Source: Bacteroidota bacterium
Lineage (GTDB): Bacteria > Bacteroidota > Ignavibacteria > UBA10030
Reading direction: 5' to 3'
Length of the DNA: 64,000 nt
NCBI GenBank assembly: GCA_050015675.1
Contig: JBEKAY010000014.1
Location: 5,604-69,603, forward strand
The notes under the pieces were generated by a model, which made no database searches, was not told the DNA's origin, and saw only the letters and a list, made by a program, of their open reading frames with translations. The position numbers and the translations under genes were made by a program. Below are positions 27,762 through 36,917 of this stretch, piece after piece (position 1 is the stretch's first letter; each line of letters starts with the position of its first letter).

Positions 27762-30700
27762 ATGTCAGCCAACCTACCCCGCATCCGTCAGTATCTAAAG
27801 CAATTCGAATTCAGAAAACTGTTTATTGAAGAGCTTGGCTGGGATCGCTTTTCCGGTAAACTTGAAATCCCGATCGATGGACAAACCTTCAACCTTTCCG
27901 CTATTGCTCAGAAGCGCAGTATGGGCTTATGGCTTTGCGAGCCTGATGCTGAGGGAAACATCCCGCCGCCGGCAATCTTGGTAAAACTAGAACGACAAGT
28001 CACTAAGCGTTCCTTCGAACACCTTATCGTCTATCAAAACAAAGCAAAGACACAGCAACTCTGGCAATTTGCAAAGCGAATAGCAGGTAAGCCTACATAT
28101 CGTACACATCGGTTTGATATCAATCAATCCGGTGAATCACTTGCACAGAAATTGGCTCTTATCGCCTTTCCACTTGAAGAAGAAGAAACATTGACGCTTG
28201 TCGATGTTGTGCGCAAGAATAGTCAGCTTTTTACAGAACGAGTTACCAAACACTTTTACGAAGAATTTCAAGAACATCACGACCAATTACTTGAATTCAT
28301 CAAAGGTATTCCTTTTGAACATCTCCAGCGTTGGTATGCGTCGGTGTTACTCAATCGGTTAATGTTTATTTACTTCCTTCAGAAGAAGAAATTTCTCAAT
28401 AACGATTCCAGTTATCTGAGAACGAAACTTGCAGAATCTAAGCATCAAGGAAAGGACCGCTTCTATTGTCACTTTTTGGTAAAACTATTTTTTGATGGTT
28501 TTGCAAAGAAAGAGCATTCTTCAGAAACGACTAAATTACTTGGTAACATTCCCTATCTCAACGGTGGACTTTTCCTGCCGCATCAGATCGAAGAGAAGTA
28601 CGGTAAGAAGATTGAAATTGCCGATAAAGTGTTCGAGAATCTCTTTGATTACTTCGACCGATGGCAATGGCATCTCGATGAACGCCCGCTAAGAGACGAT
28701 CGTGAAATTAATCCCGATGTGCTTGGTTATATCTTCGAAAAGTATATAAACCAAAAACAGATGGGCGCTTATTATACCAAAGAGGATATCACCGGATACA
28801 ACAGCCAGAACACAATTATCCCGCGCATCTTCGATATTGCAAAAGAGAAATGTGCCATTGCGTTCGAAGGCGAGCATTCGTTTTGGAATCTTCTCAAAGC
28901 AGATCCCAATCGCTATATTTACGAAGCGGTCAAGAAAGGCACAACCCTTGACTTACCTTCCAATATCGCCGCAGGTATCAGTGATGTTTCCGAACGAACA
29001 GAGTGGAATAAACCTGCCGATCCCGAATATGCCCTCCCTACCGAGATTTGGCGTGAAGTTGTTGTTAGACATCAGCGATACCACGAAGTGTATAACAAAT
29101 TAGCGAACAGCGAGATACACGAAATCAATGATTTCATTACCTACAATCTTGACATCCGACAGTTTGCACAGGATGTAATCGAGAATTGTGAAGGAAGCGA
29201 CCTGCTTGCTGCCTTCTGGTATGCGATTGAGAAACTCACAGTGCTCGATCCCACTTGCGGTTCCGGTGCATTCCTCTTTGCATCTCTCAATATTCTTGAG
29301 TTACTTTACGAAGCTTGCTTAGATCGCATGCAGGACTTCGTTGATGCAGAATCTGCCGCCCCGACATCTCCTCTCCTTACGAAGGAGGGGACACAGGGGA
29401 GGTTGCTGCAGTTCCGCTCCGTTCTAGACCGCATTACCAAGCACCCCAACCGTCGATACTTCATCTATAAGTCCATCATTGTCAATAATCTTTTTGGCGT
29501 AGACATTATGGAAGAAGCGGTAGAAATCTGCAAGCTCCGGCTCTTCCTCAAACTTGTTTCACAGGTGGAAAGCGTTGATCATATCGAACCTTTACCGGAT
29601 ATCGATTTCAATATACTTGCAGGCAATACGCTTGTGGGCTTCGTTTCATTTACTGAGTTTAAAAAACGCTTCGAGAATTTGGGTTCACTTAATTTAGAGG
29701 TTAATGACAAGCTTAACATCGCGGATGAAATGGCGAAATACCTCGATGAATTTCATCGACAACAGCTTGAAATCGGTGATACTGATAACGAGATGAAATC
29801 CCTTATCAAAGAAAAAATTGAGTTGATAGAGTATGGTCTTGATGACGAATTGGCCAAGATGAATGGAATTAAAAATGGTGTAAGAGATAAAGAACGATTT
29901 GCGCTTTTTAAGAAGAATGCAAAACCATTTCATTGGTGTGTACAATTCTATCGGATTATGTCTCGTGGTGGCTTTGATGTTATCATTGGAAATCCACCGT
30001 ATGTCGAGTATTCCAAAATACGAAAGGAGTATAACATTGTTGGCTATCAAACAGAAAATTGTGGAAATCTATATTCATTTGTCATAGAGCGTTGTTTCAA
30101 TGTTCAGATACCATTTGGAATGATGGCTATGATTGTACAATTGCCGATTGTTTGTACAGATAGGATGATTCCATTGCAGCAACTTTGCACGGAGCATAGT
30201 CTTCCAATATGGTTTTCTAATTATGATGACAGACCGGGCAAGCTTTTTGATGGCCTTCAGCACATACGTGCTACCATCTTTATAGCCAAGAAGCAAAGTG
30301 GAGAAGGACAAGCATTTTCTACGACATATAATAGGTGGTACAGTGAAACCCGACCCGAATTGTTTGAGGGATTAGCGTATCAAAATGTTTCCGGTGTATC
30401 ATTCAAGGGAGCAATACCTAAAATAGGAAGTCCTTTGAGCCATGTTTTGTGGAACAAGCTCTCTGAATACTCGAAGCTTGAGCTTTCGTTAGATTCTTCT
30501 AATAAGAATTTTGTTTATTTCCACAACGCACCGCAGTATTGGATTCGTGCAATGACATTTATTCCTTACTTCTGGAATAAACGAGAAGGTGAACAAATAT
30601 CCACACAGATTAAGTCACTGTCACTATCCACAAAACAGAATGTACATACGGTTGCTGCAATTTTGAATAGCTCACTGTTCTATTGGTGGTTTATTGTTCT

Positions 30701-31031
30701 TTCAGATTGCCGTCACCTCAATTTACGTGAGATAGAAACCTTTCCTGTCGGTCTCGACAAGATGTCTGAAGATGTAAAAAATCGTTTGATGAAACTTGCG
30801 CAAATACTAATGACGGATTTGAAAAAAAACAAAAAGCGCAAGGAAGCCGAGTATAAAGCGACAGGCAAAGTTGTCTATGATGAATTTTACCCCAAGCATT
30901 CTAAGCCCATCATCGATGAAATCGACCGCGTCCTTGCCAAGCATTATAACTTTACGGAAGAAGAGTTAGATTTTATTATCAACTATGATATCAAATATCG
31001 TATGGGCAAAAACAACGAAGAGGATGAGTGA
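27762..31031 (+). CDS. Eco57I/PglX-like N6-adenine DNA methyltransferase with C-terminal target-recognition region
   Basis: N-terminal LFIEELGWD. Motif I VLDPTCGSGAFL and motif IV IIGNPPYV. The start is placed at MSANLP (27762), 12 nt after the helicase stop, instead of the overlapping ORF-track start. Confidence 0.85.
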   Translation: MSANLPRIRQYLKQFEFRKLFIEELGWDRFSGKLEIPIDGQTFNLSAIAQKRSMGLWLCEPDAEGNIPPPAILVKLERQVTKRSFEHLIVYQNKAKTQQLWQFAKRIAGKPTYRTHRFDINQSGESLAQKLALIAFPLEEEETLTLVDVVRKNSQLFTERVTKHFYEEFQEHHDQLLEFIKGIPFEHLQRWYASVLLNRLMFIYFLQKKKFLNNDSSYLRTKLAESKHQGKDRFYCHFLVKLFFDGFAKKEHSSETTKLLGNIPYLNGGLFLPHQIEEKYGKKIEIADKVFENLFDYFDRWQWHLDERPLRDDREINPDVLGYIFEKYINQKQMGAYYTKEDITGYNSQNTIIPRIFDIAKEKCAIAFEGEHSFWNLLKADPNRYIYEAVKKGTTLDLPSNIAAGISDVSERTEWNKPADPEYALPTEIWREVVVRHQRYHEVYNKLANSEIHEINDFITYNLDIRQFAQDVIENCEGSDLLAAFWYAIEKLTVLDPTCGSGAFLFASLNILELLYEACLDRMQDFVDAESAAPTSPLLTKEGTQGRLLQFRSVLDRITKHPNRRYFIYKSIIVNNLFGVDIMEEAVEICKLRLFLKLVSQVESVDHIEPLPDIDFNILAGNTLVGFVSFTEFKKRFENLGSLNLEVNDKLNIADEMAKYLDEFHRQQLEIGDTDNEMKSLIKEKIELIEYGLDDELAKMNGIKNGVRDKERFALFKKNAKPFHWCVQFYRIMSRGGFDVIIGNPPYVEYSKIRKEYNIVGYQTENCGNLYSFVIERCFNVQIPFGMMAMIVQLPIVCTDRMIPLQQLCTEHSLPIWFSNYDDRPGKLFDGLQHIRATIFIAKKQSGEGQAFSTTYNRWYSETRPELFEGLAYQNVSGVSFKGAIPKIGSPLSHVLWNKLSEYSKLELSLDSSNKNFVYFHNAPQYWIRAMTFIPYFWNKREGEQISTQIKSLSLSTKQNVHTVAAILNSSLFYWWFIVLSDCRHLNLREIETFPVGLDKMSEDVKNRLMKLAQILMTDLKKNKKRKEAEYKATGKVVYDEFYPKHSKPIIDEIDRVLAKHYNFTEEELDFIINYDIKYRMGKNNEEDE

Positions 31032-32233
31032 TTGTGTCTGCAAAGCTATCACGGAATGAGCCTTGCCCTTGTGGAAGTGGAAAGAAATATAAAAATTGTC
31101 ATGGGAATAATATGAACGATACACGTTCACAATGGAATGAACGAGTTACGAAAAAGCCGGATGGAACTTTAGAGATAGCTTTTAATATTCCTCCAGATGA
31201 ATTAGGTCCACCCTTTGGCTATACAGAACTAATTTGTGTTCCTGTTTTCGATGAAGGCACAATGAAACCTGGGGAAAAACAACCATCTCCTACCGGTTCT
31301 CCTGGTCAATATGAAGTAGCCTTTATTTTTGCTAAACCGGAAATAGCATTAGCCGAAATGCGATATTCCGATATTGACTCAGATTCATTCAAAGGAGACT
31401 CTTCATTCATTATAGCTTCGCCAGAACCAAGAAAAGCAACCGATCCAGCTTTTATGAAGATGGATTATAGTTACGATGCAGCAGATAAAACGCGAAAAAC
31501 TGGAACTATTGAGTTTCGTCCGAATAAGCATGGAAGGCTTAGTTTTGCAAGAACAACGATATATTCAAATGGTTATCGACAAGCGAGACTTGATGCCTAT
31601 CGAGCAATTCTACCAATGTTAAGCAATTTATCATTTGAGTGTGATATTCCCTTAGAAATCAAAGGGTCAACAACAAGGGAAATATCTTCTGGTGGTGTAA
31701 GTCGGGAAATAAGATTTCAATTTCCTTGTAATACACTACAAGGGCCAGGTAACATAGTTCATCGTAAAGAAATTTATGCTCTTCAAAGCTTTTATCGAGA
31801 AGGAATGAATTCATCAAGTATATGCTACAGTTTCCTTTGTTTTTATAGGGTACTAGAGGCTATATATAAAATGCGGCAAAATATTATTGAACAAAAATCT
31901 CTTAGACCAAAATTCAAAGGGGAAGCTCGTGTCGAAGAAGCTGATTTAAAAGGCTTGCCCATATTCTTGGAAAACAACAAGAAATTTATCGGTCGTAAAT
32001 ATCGTGATATTTATGAAAAAGAATTGACACCCTTGAGGATATTAATTGCCCATGGCCTTCTTGGAGATGATGATCCTTTTGAAAATACTCCCGATAATGT
32101 CGATATTCGTACCACAGCCAGTTCTCTAATACCGATAACGAAAATAATAGCACGACTTGAAATTCAAAATGAACTTAATGTGGAATACATCCCCATACAA
32201 GATAAAAAAGAGAGTACAAAGAATGATTGTTAA
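31028..32233 (+). CDS. SEC-C motif protein with a C-terminal putative HEPN-like (R-x4-H) domain
   Basis: N-terminal NEPCPCGSGKKYKNCHG (SEC-C metal-binding motif). C-terminal helical region with LTPLRILIAHG (R-x4-H). The start overlaps the methyltransferase stop. Confidence 0.55.
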   Translation: MIVSAKLSRNEPCPCGSGKKYKNCHGNNMNDTRSQWNERVTKKPDGTLEIAFNIPPDELGPPFGYTELICVPVFDEGTMKPGEKQPSPTGSPGQYEVAFIFAKPEIALAEMRYSDIDSDSFKGDSSFIIASPEPRKATDPAFMKMDYSYDAADKTRKTGTIEFRPNKHGRLSFARTTIYSNGYRQARLDAYRAILPMLSNLSFECDIPLEIKGSTTREISSGGVSREIRFQFPCNTLQGPGNIVHRKEIYALQSFYREGMNSSSICYSFLCFYRVLEAIYKMRQNIIEQKSLRPKFKGEARVEEADLKGLPIFLENNKKFIGRKYRDIYEKELTPLRILIAHGLLGDDDPFENTPDNVDIRTTASSLIPITKIIARLEIQNELNVEYIPIQDKKESTKNDC

Positions 32234-32263
32234 GTAAGGATTCAATGCAGAAAAAGTGGAAGG

Positions 32264-32326
32264 GATATCATCATCAAATACGAAATCAATTATCGTAAGG
32301 GCAGAAACAGTGAAGAGGAAGAGTGA
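32264..32326 (+). pseudogene. Relic copy of the last 21 codons (including stop) of an Eco57I-like methyltransferase gene
   Basis: It translates DIIIKYEINYRKGRNSEEEE*, versus the end of the 27762-31031 CDS, DFIINYDIKYRMGKNNEEDE*. By my alignment against 30969-31031, 51 of 63 nt and 12 of 20 aa are identical. Confidence 0.6.
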
Positions 32327-32371
32327 ACATTCAATGAGTGATCAAAAAAGTTAAAGGATAGTGGAGGGAAA

Positions 32372-33592
32372 ATGAAAGCGGCTAATACGCCAAATGATGT
32401 TTTTTCTGCAATAGACCCATCACTAGGGTATCTGTACCAAATACGATATTCTCTCTACAGACTTCTTGAGGCTAACGAAGAAGAAGAAATCTCAATAGAA
32501 TGGGTGGATGATGTCGCTGTTGAGAATGATGGGTCAATAAATGAACAGTTACAATTGAAACATCATTTACGAGGAAAAGCATCTTTGACAGATTCTTCTC
32601 CCGACCTTTGGAAAACAATTCGTGTTTGGTCAGAAGGGGTAAAAACAGGATCAATAAATCCATCAACAACAAGGTTGTTACTAATAACTACAGCAGCCGC
32701 TCCTGCAGGTTCAATAGCTTCTCTTCTCAAGGATACTCAAACAGGACGAGATGCAAAAACTGCTTTACAACGACTTATGGATGTTGCCAGTACATCAGGA
32801 AATGTAGCCCTCAAAGATTCTTTCGATGCTTTTAAGTCCCTACCGTCTACGAAGAAACGATTGTTGGTAGATTCCATTATTGTTGTTGATAATATGCCAA
32901 TGATTACTGATTTGGAAAAAGGAATTAAAAAGAAGTTAGACCTTTCAGTCAGAAAAGAACATATGGACCTGTTTTATGAACGTCTCGAGGGATGGTGGTT
33001 TGACAAAATAATCAGGCATTTTATTGAACCGAATAAAACATCCATTAAAAGATTTGAATTACAATCAAAAATTAGAGATATCGCTGAACAGTTCGAAGAA
33101 GATGCTCTTCCAATCGACTTTTTGGATGCTGAGCCGCCAGAGACACCTGATGCTGCTAATGATGACCGATTGTTTGTTGTCCAGTTAAGAATAATCGCTT
33201 TGAATAACAAATTGATTGAGAAGGCAATTCGGGATTACTATAAGGCATTTGAACAGAGGTCTCGGTGGGCTCGTGAACATTTGATCGACGATAAAGATTT
33301 AGAAGTATATGAGAATAGACTTGTTGACGAATGGCAGAGATTCTTTTATTCGGCAGTAGAAACAGAAGGCGATAAAGTTGTTAATGAAGCAGAGTATTTA
33401 AAGACTGGTCGAGAAATATTTAGATGGATGAATACAATAGCACAATTCCCAATTCGGCCAAAGGTTGTCGAACCTTATGTAATGCGTGGCAGTTATCATA
33501 TGTTAGCAGATCAATTTCCACCAAGAGTTGGTTGGCATCCAAGATTCCTTGACCGATTACAGGATGTGCTACCTCTACAGAAGGAGCAATGA
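32372..33592 (+). CDS. ABC-3C system effector: Cap4-like (DUF4297) PD-(D/E)xK nuclease N-domain plus ABC-3C C-terminal domain
   Basis: GYLYQIRYSLYRLL...EISIEWVDDVAVEND....LQLKHH matches the DUF4297/Cap4 nuclease pattern. It has a 4-nt overlap with the next gene. Confidence 0.6.
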   Translation: MKAANTPNDVFSAIDPSLGYLYQIRYSLYRLLEANEEEEISIEWVDDVAVENDGSINEQLQLKHHLRGKASLTDSSPDLWKTIRVWSEGVKTGSINPSTTRLLLITTAAAPAGSIASLLKDTQTGRDAKTALQRLMDVASTSGNVALKDSFDAFKSLPSTKKRLLVDSIIVVDNMPMITDLEKGIKKKLDLSVRKEHMDLFYERLEGWWFDKIIRHFIEPNKTSIKRFELQSKIRDIAEQFEEDALPIDFLDAEPPETPDAANDDRLFVVQLRIIALNNKLIEKAIRDYYKAFEQRSRWAREHLIDDKDLEVYENRLVDEWQRFFYSAVETEGDKVVNEAEYLKTGREIFRWMNTIAQFPIRPKVVEPYVMRGSYHMLADQFPPRVGWHPRFLDRLQDVLPLQKEQ

Positions 33593-34092
33593 ATATGTTA
33601 CCTTGGGACAAACGACCAATAGAAATCGCAAATCTTTTTAATCCTGCCTTTTTAGCGCTGCTTTTACACGAAGGATCGTTAGCATATTATAATGAGATTC
33701 AAAAAGGATTGCCGTTTGAATTGGCGCCCTTGCTAGTCACATTACCGCTTCACAAAGAGACGAGAGATATTATGCCAAAGAAAATATCTACTCAGATGCA
33801 TGCATGGTTATTGGACCATCCTGAGATTAAAATCAATTGTTCCAAAAGAATCCGCAATATGAATCCTTATATACTCGAATCAATAGCATTTGGTTTAAAA
33901 ACAGGAATTATCAACATAGATGAAGATGGAAAAATTAACTCGATCGGTAGAACCGCTCTTTCAAAGAAGTTGAAATGGAATGCAGAGCTAGATCCAGCAA
34001 AATGTCTTCAGAGAGCCACCTTTTTAGGACGATGGTTTGCATACGCCGGTGATGTCTCGACCGTGTACATTATGTGGGGGATAACACCATGA
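33589..34092 (+). CDS. ABC-3C middle component
   Basis: Small (~165 aa) helical protein sandwiched by overlaps between the effector and the DUF3732 ATPase. This is the canonical position of the MC protein. Confidence 0.5.
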   Translation: MNMLPWDKRPIEIANLFNPAFLALLLHEGSLAYYNEIQKGLPFELAPLLVTLPLHKETRDIMPKKISTQMHAWLLDHPEIKINCSKRIRNMNPYILESIAFGLKTGIINIDEDGKINSIGRTALSKKLKWNAELDPAKCLQRATFLGRWFAYAGDVSTVYIMWGITP

Positions 34093-36035
34093 GTCTACAG
34101 ATAAAACAAATCGCACTTTACAATTCGCAAGGTGCAACGCGTGTATTAAATTTCTCTCCTGGAAAAGTAAATATCATTACTGGTAAATCTAATACTGGAA
34201 AATCTGCTCTTATTGAGATTGTTGAATATTGCCTCGGTAGGTCAACATTTAATGTACCAGAAGGTGTAATAAGAGATTCTGTGAGTTGGTATGCAGTATT
34301 GTATCAATATACAAACACTCAGATTCTTATTGCAAAGCCCACACCGAAGGCAGGCCATCAAAGCCAATCACAGGTTTATTTTGAAGTAGGAAGTGAAATT
34401 GCTCTTCCCCCGTTATCCAAATTGATTCCAAATTCAAATGATGATGCTATTCTAATGTATTTGACTCAACTTCTTGGAATCTCGCCTAACTTAAATATAC
34501 CCGACGAAGAACATTCGCGTAATCCTCTTGAAGCGACATTAGCTCACACCCGGTATTACTTGTTTCAAAAGCAAGGTGTTATTGCGAGCCAAGATGTCTT
34601 ATTCCATCGTCAGCTAGAAGAGTATATGCCACAAGCGATCAAAGACACGTTACCTTACTTTCTTGGTTCTATCCAAGAAGACAGACTAAAGCAAATACAG
34701 GAATTCAGGCTTGCAAAGCGAGATCTTAAACTGGCTCAAAAAGCGTTTGAAGAAAATGAGGCAATATCGGTTGAATCTACAACAAGAGCTAGAGCTTTGC
34801 TTGCAGAGGCGCAGCAAGCAGAGATAGTTTCAATGAAAACAAATCCCCAGACCCAATCGGAACTTATTGATACGCTTAAGAATGTTCTTGATTGGAAACC
34901 GAGTTTGGAGGTAGGTATAGAATCAGATAGAATATCAACATTAACTCAAGAATTATATAATCTCCGCACAGAATTCCAATCGATTCAAAACAAGATTGAT
35001 GCTGCAGAGACTTTTGCACAAGAAGAGCAAGCATTTTCAAGCGAAGTAATCGAGCAACGGTTAAGACTTGAATCTATAAACTTATTGAGCGATAAAATGG
35101 ATAATCTTGACCGGTGTCCATTGTGTGACTCAGAAATGAAAATTCCATTACCCTCAATCTCTGCAATCAATAGTTCGTTAGTAAACTTACGTAAAAACCT
35201 AGAAACGGTTGATCGTGAAAGACCTCGATTACGTGAATACATTAATGGACTTCAGGTTGAACGGGAAGAATTGCGCCACAAGATCAGTGAAAAAGAATTT
35301 ACATTGTTGTCAATTAAAAGCGAACTAGATGAAAGTCTGCGAATACGAGACCGAAATACGAGAGCAGCGAGGATAATTGGAAGGATTAGTCTGTTCTTAG
35401 AATCACAGAACTCGTCATCCGGAAATTCAATTCTTATGACAAATGTGAATAATGCCGAAAACAAAGTTAAAATTTACGAATCGCAGCTTGAAACAGATAA
35501 ATTAGAGGATACACAAAATTCAATTTTGAGCTTAATGAGCATGGATATGACAAACTGGGCCCATTTGCTTGAACTAGAACATTCTGGATATCCTTATAGA
35601 TTTGACATTAATAAATTGACAGTTATCGCAGATAGGCCTAATCGTCCCATATCATTGTCTCAAATGGGTGGAGGAGAAAACCATCTTGGGTGTCATATCA
35701 TAACTTATTTTGCATTACATAAACAATTTATTAATCAACATCGTCCAGTCCCAAGTTTCTTGTTTTTGGATCAACCATCACAGGTTTATTTTCCATCTGA
35801 TAAGTATAAGCAACTCCAGGGCAAAGCGGACGAAATAAAGGATATTGATCTGGTTGCTGTCGAGAGGTTGTTTAAATTTATTTTCGATAGAGTTCAAGAA
35901 TTATCACCTAATCTTCAAATCATTGTTACAGAACATGCGAATATTGATATTCCTCAATATCAGGCAGCATTAATTGAAGATCCGTGGCGGGATGGTAAGG
36001 CGTTAATCCCTAAGGAATGGATTGATAAATCGTGA
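34089..36035 (+). CDS. ABC-3C ABC/SMC-like ATPase (DUF3732)
   Basis: Walker A ITGKSNTGKSALIEIVEYCLG, a long coiled-coil insert containing CPLC, and Walker B FLFLDQPSQVYFP. ATGA overlap with the previous stop. Confidence 0.7.
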   Translation: MSLQIKQIALYNSQGATRVLNFSPGKVNIITGKSNTGKSALIEIVEYCLGRSTFNVPEGVIRDSVSWYAVLYQYTNTQILIAKPTPKAGHQSQSQVYFEVGSEIALPPLSKLIPNSNDDAILMYLTQLLGISPNLNIPDEEHSRNPLEATLAHTRYYLFQKQGVIASQDVLFHRQLEEYMPQAIKDTLPYFLGSIQEDRLKQIQEFRLAKRDLKLAQKAFEENEAISVESTTRARALLAEAQQAEIVSMKTNPQTQSELIDTLKNVLDWKPSLEVGIESDRISTLTQELYNLRTEFQSIQNKIDAAETFAQEEQAFSSEVIEQRLRLESINLLSDKMDNLDRCPLCDSEMKIPLPSISAINSSLVNLRKNLETVDRERPRLREYINGLQVEREELRHKISEKEFTLLSIKSELDESLRIRDRNTRAARIIGRISLFLESQNSSSGNSILMTNVNNAENKVKIYESQLETDKLEDTQNSILSLMSMDMTNWAHLLELEHSGYPYRFDINKLTVIADRPNRPISLSQMGGGENHLGCHIITYFALHKQFINQHRPVPSFLFLDQPSQVYFPSDKYKQLQGKADEIKDIDLVAVERLFKFIFDRVQELSPNLQIIVTEHANIDIPQYQAALIEDPWRDGKALIPKEWIDKS

Positions 36036-36114
36036 AGAGAAATAAACTATTGATGGAATATTAAATTATTTATCGTACGTGGTAAAACAACAATTATTAA
36101 GCAAGGTGTTTGAT

Positions 36115-36828
36115 ATGCAAAAACTACTTGTAAGTGTGAGAGGTAAGAATGAGGCGCTTGAAGCTGTAAAAGGGGGCGCACATATCGTTGACGCGGAATA
36201 TCCAACGTCGGCACTTGGTACGCCTTATCCAATCAATATCTATGCTATTCGTAAAGCCGTGCCAACAAGGATTATGGTCTCGACAAATATTGGCGAGGAA
36301 CAAGCTAGGCGAAGCACGGCAGCACAAGCAGTACTCGGTGTTGCAACAGCAGGTGCTGATATAATAAAAGCTGGTTTAGCTGGGTTGAATTACGATGAAG
36401 CGGAATATTTAGCGCGAAACATTGTAAGAACAGTTAAGCATTGGTACCCCCACAAAAAAGTCATTCCAACCTTTTTTGCCGATACAAAACTGGCAAAGAT
36501 ACTCGATCCAATTGAAGAAGCCCCCGCCCTTGCCACGAAGGTCAAAGCCAATGGTGTCCTAATTGATACATTTGATAAAACAAAAGGGAAACGACTTATC
36601 GACTATTATAGCTATAAAGATATAAAGACATTCGTCTCTGCATGCCATAGGAGGCATATTGAAGCTTGGATTGCGGGATCGATCACTAAGGAAGAATTGT
36701 CCTACTTTTGGGAAACCGGTGTCGATGTGATTTGTGTCCGTGGAGCAGCATGTGAAAAAGGGGATGATCGGATGGGTGCGGTAAAATCGCACATTGTGAT
36801 GGATCTAGTTAAGACTATGCGAAAGTAG
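36115..36828 (+). CDS. MfnB/DUF556-like class I aldolase-fold protein ((5-formylfuran-3-yl)methyl phosphate synthase family)
   Basis: Collinear with archaeal MfnB as I recall it: LLVSV..KNEALEAVKGGAHIVD...P...LG.P.P..I..IR, GADIIKAGL, LIDTFDKTKGKRL, AGSI and VRGAACEKGDDRMG. Confidence 0.65.
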   Translation: MQKLLVSVRGKNEALEAVKGGAHIVDAEYPTSALGTPYPINIYAIRKAVPTRIMVSTNIGEEQARRSTAAQAVLGVATAGADIIKAGLAGLNYDEAEYLARNIVRTVKHWYPHKKVIPTFFADTKLAKILDPIEEAPALATKVKANGVLIDTFDKTKGKRLIDYYSYKDIKTFVSACHRRHIEAWIAGSITKEELSYFWETGVDVICVRGAACEKGDDRMGAVKSHIVMDLVKTMRK

Positions 36829-36917
36829 AGTAAGGGGTAAGAGATTGGTCTTTGGTAATGGACTTGAAGAACGAGGGATCAAAGGCGACAACCTCAATTT
36901 AAAAAAGGTCTAGAACT

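Noticed and set aside
25050-30311. Numerous 60-136-aa ORFs nested in or antisense to the helicase and methyltransferase genes (for example 26036-26446 and 29694-30050)
   Set aside because: They lie inside long genes with strong motif support and have no features of their own. They are typical shadow ORFs.
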